A stretch of 20,000 nt of DNA from Pseudogymnoascus verrucosus (lineage: Eukaryota), in NCBI GenBank assembly GCA_001662655.1, contig KV460289.1. One strand, 5' to 3'. This document shows positions 19,465 to 20,000 of the stretch, one piece after another. The position numbers and the translations under genes are program-made. The notes beneath the pieces were generated by a model. The model had not been told where the DNA came from and did not search any database. It saw only the letters and a list, made by a program, of their open reading frames with translations. The stretch's first letter is position 1. Each line of letters begins with the position of its first letter.

Positions 19465-19762
19465 TTAAGATCCAGGTCCGACAACTAGAATCGATCCGCC
19501 ACACGTCAATGTCTCCAAAAAAACCAATAGCCAAAACTCACCAACCTCCACCATACATCTCAAGCCGAGATAGCAATGATAGCTGATACAAGCAGAGCAC
19601 CCAACCCACTCCCACCAAGCCTCCTTCATCATCATCACCCACCGCGCCCATGCGCATAGCCCACCTCCATCTTGCAACGGGGTTGCTCATCTCGTCGGTG
19701 GAGGCGATTAGGAGGAGTTGGGTTAGGAGGGTGGGGGCAATGGCAAAAGTTGGCGCGAGACC
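19465..19762 (-). CDS. Possible 3' exons of a minus-strand gene whose 5' part lies in or beyond the poly-G end (exon 19542-19762, intron 19485-19541); product unknown
   Basis: Minus strand has a CTAAC branch (19776-19780) and CCCCCCCAG acceptor (AG at 19763-19764), an open exon GLAPTFAIAPTLLTQLLLIASTDEMSNPVARWRWAMRMG.., then a GTGAGT..ATTGAC..TTCTAG 57-nt intron. Frame and stop are uncertain. Confidence 0.35.
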
Positions 19763-19827
19763 CTGGGGGGGAGTGGTTAGTGTTTTGGGAGAAGATGGGG
19801 GGGTTAGGATGTTGTTGGGGAAGGAGC

Positions 19828-19842
19828 GGGGGGGGGGGGGGG

Positions 19843-19877
<35 letters not shown>

Positions 19878-19997
19878 CGTTGTGGGGGGGGGGGGGGGGG
19901 GGGGGGGGGTGTGGGGGGGGTCGGGGGGGGGGGGGGGGGGGGGGGGGGTGGGGGTTTGTGGGAGGGGGGGGAAGGGGGGGGGGGAGGGGGGGGGGGG
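19828..19997 (+). repeat. Poly-G low-complexity tract (~170 bp)
   Basis: Near-pure G runs with sparse interruptions at the window end. Confidence 0.9.
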
Positions 19998-20000
19998 CGT

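Overview
Filamentous-ascomycete genomic DNA with GT-AG introns, CTRAC branch points and a RIP signature. Left part: a complete 6-exon siderophore-iron MFS transporter (SIT1/ARN family, 1461-3756, +, 623 aa) whose promoter carries several SreA/Sre1-type GATA boxes. Next come a full-length but RIP-inactivated Fot1/Pot2-type pogo DNA transposon (5300-7159, 48-bp perfect TIRs, TA target duplication) and two identical tRNA-Gln(CTG) genes in tandem. From about 7.5 kb on the window looks accessory. It holds one intact intronless 544-aa ORF with an internal domain duplication, a probable decayed paralog of it, a decayed gene with repeated barrel-like modules and a Walker-A-like remnant (Upf1-like helicase?), a secreted-protein gene broken only by 1-bp homopolymer frameshifts, and an intact Cys-rich GPI-anchored (Mcl1-like) gene. 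It ends with an old ~390-bp direct duplication carrying TATA plus micro-ORFs, exon-like segments of a minus-strand gene, and a poly-G tract. No complete novel system can be demonstrated from sequence alone. The best leads are the duplicated-domain protein family, the homopolymer-frameshifted secreted gene and the repeated-module relic.
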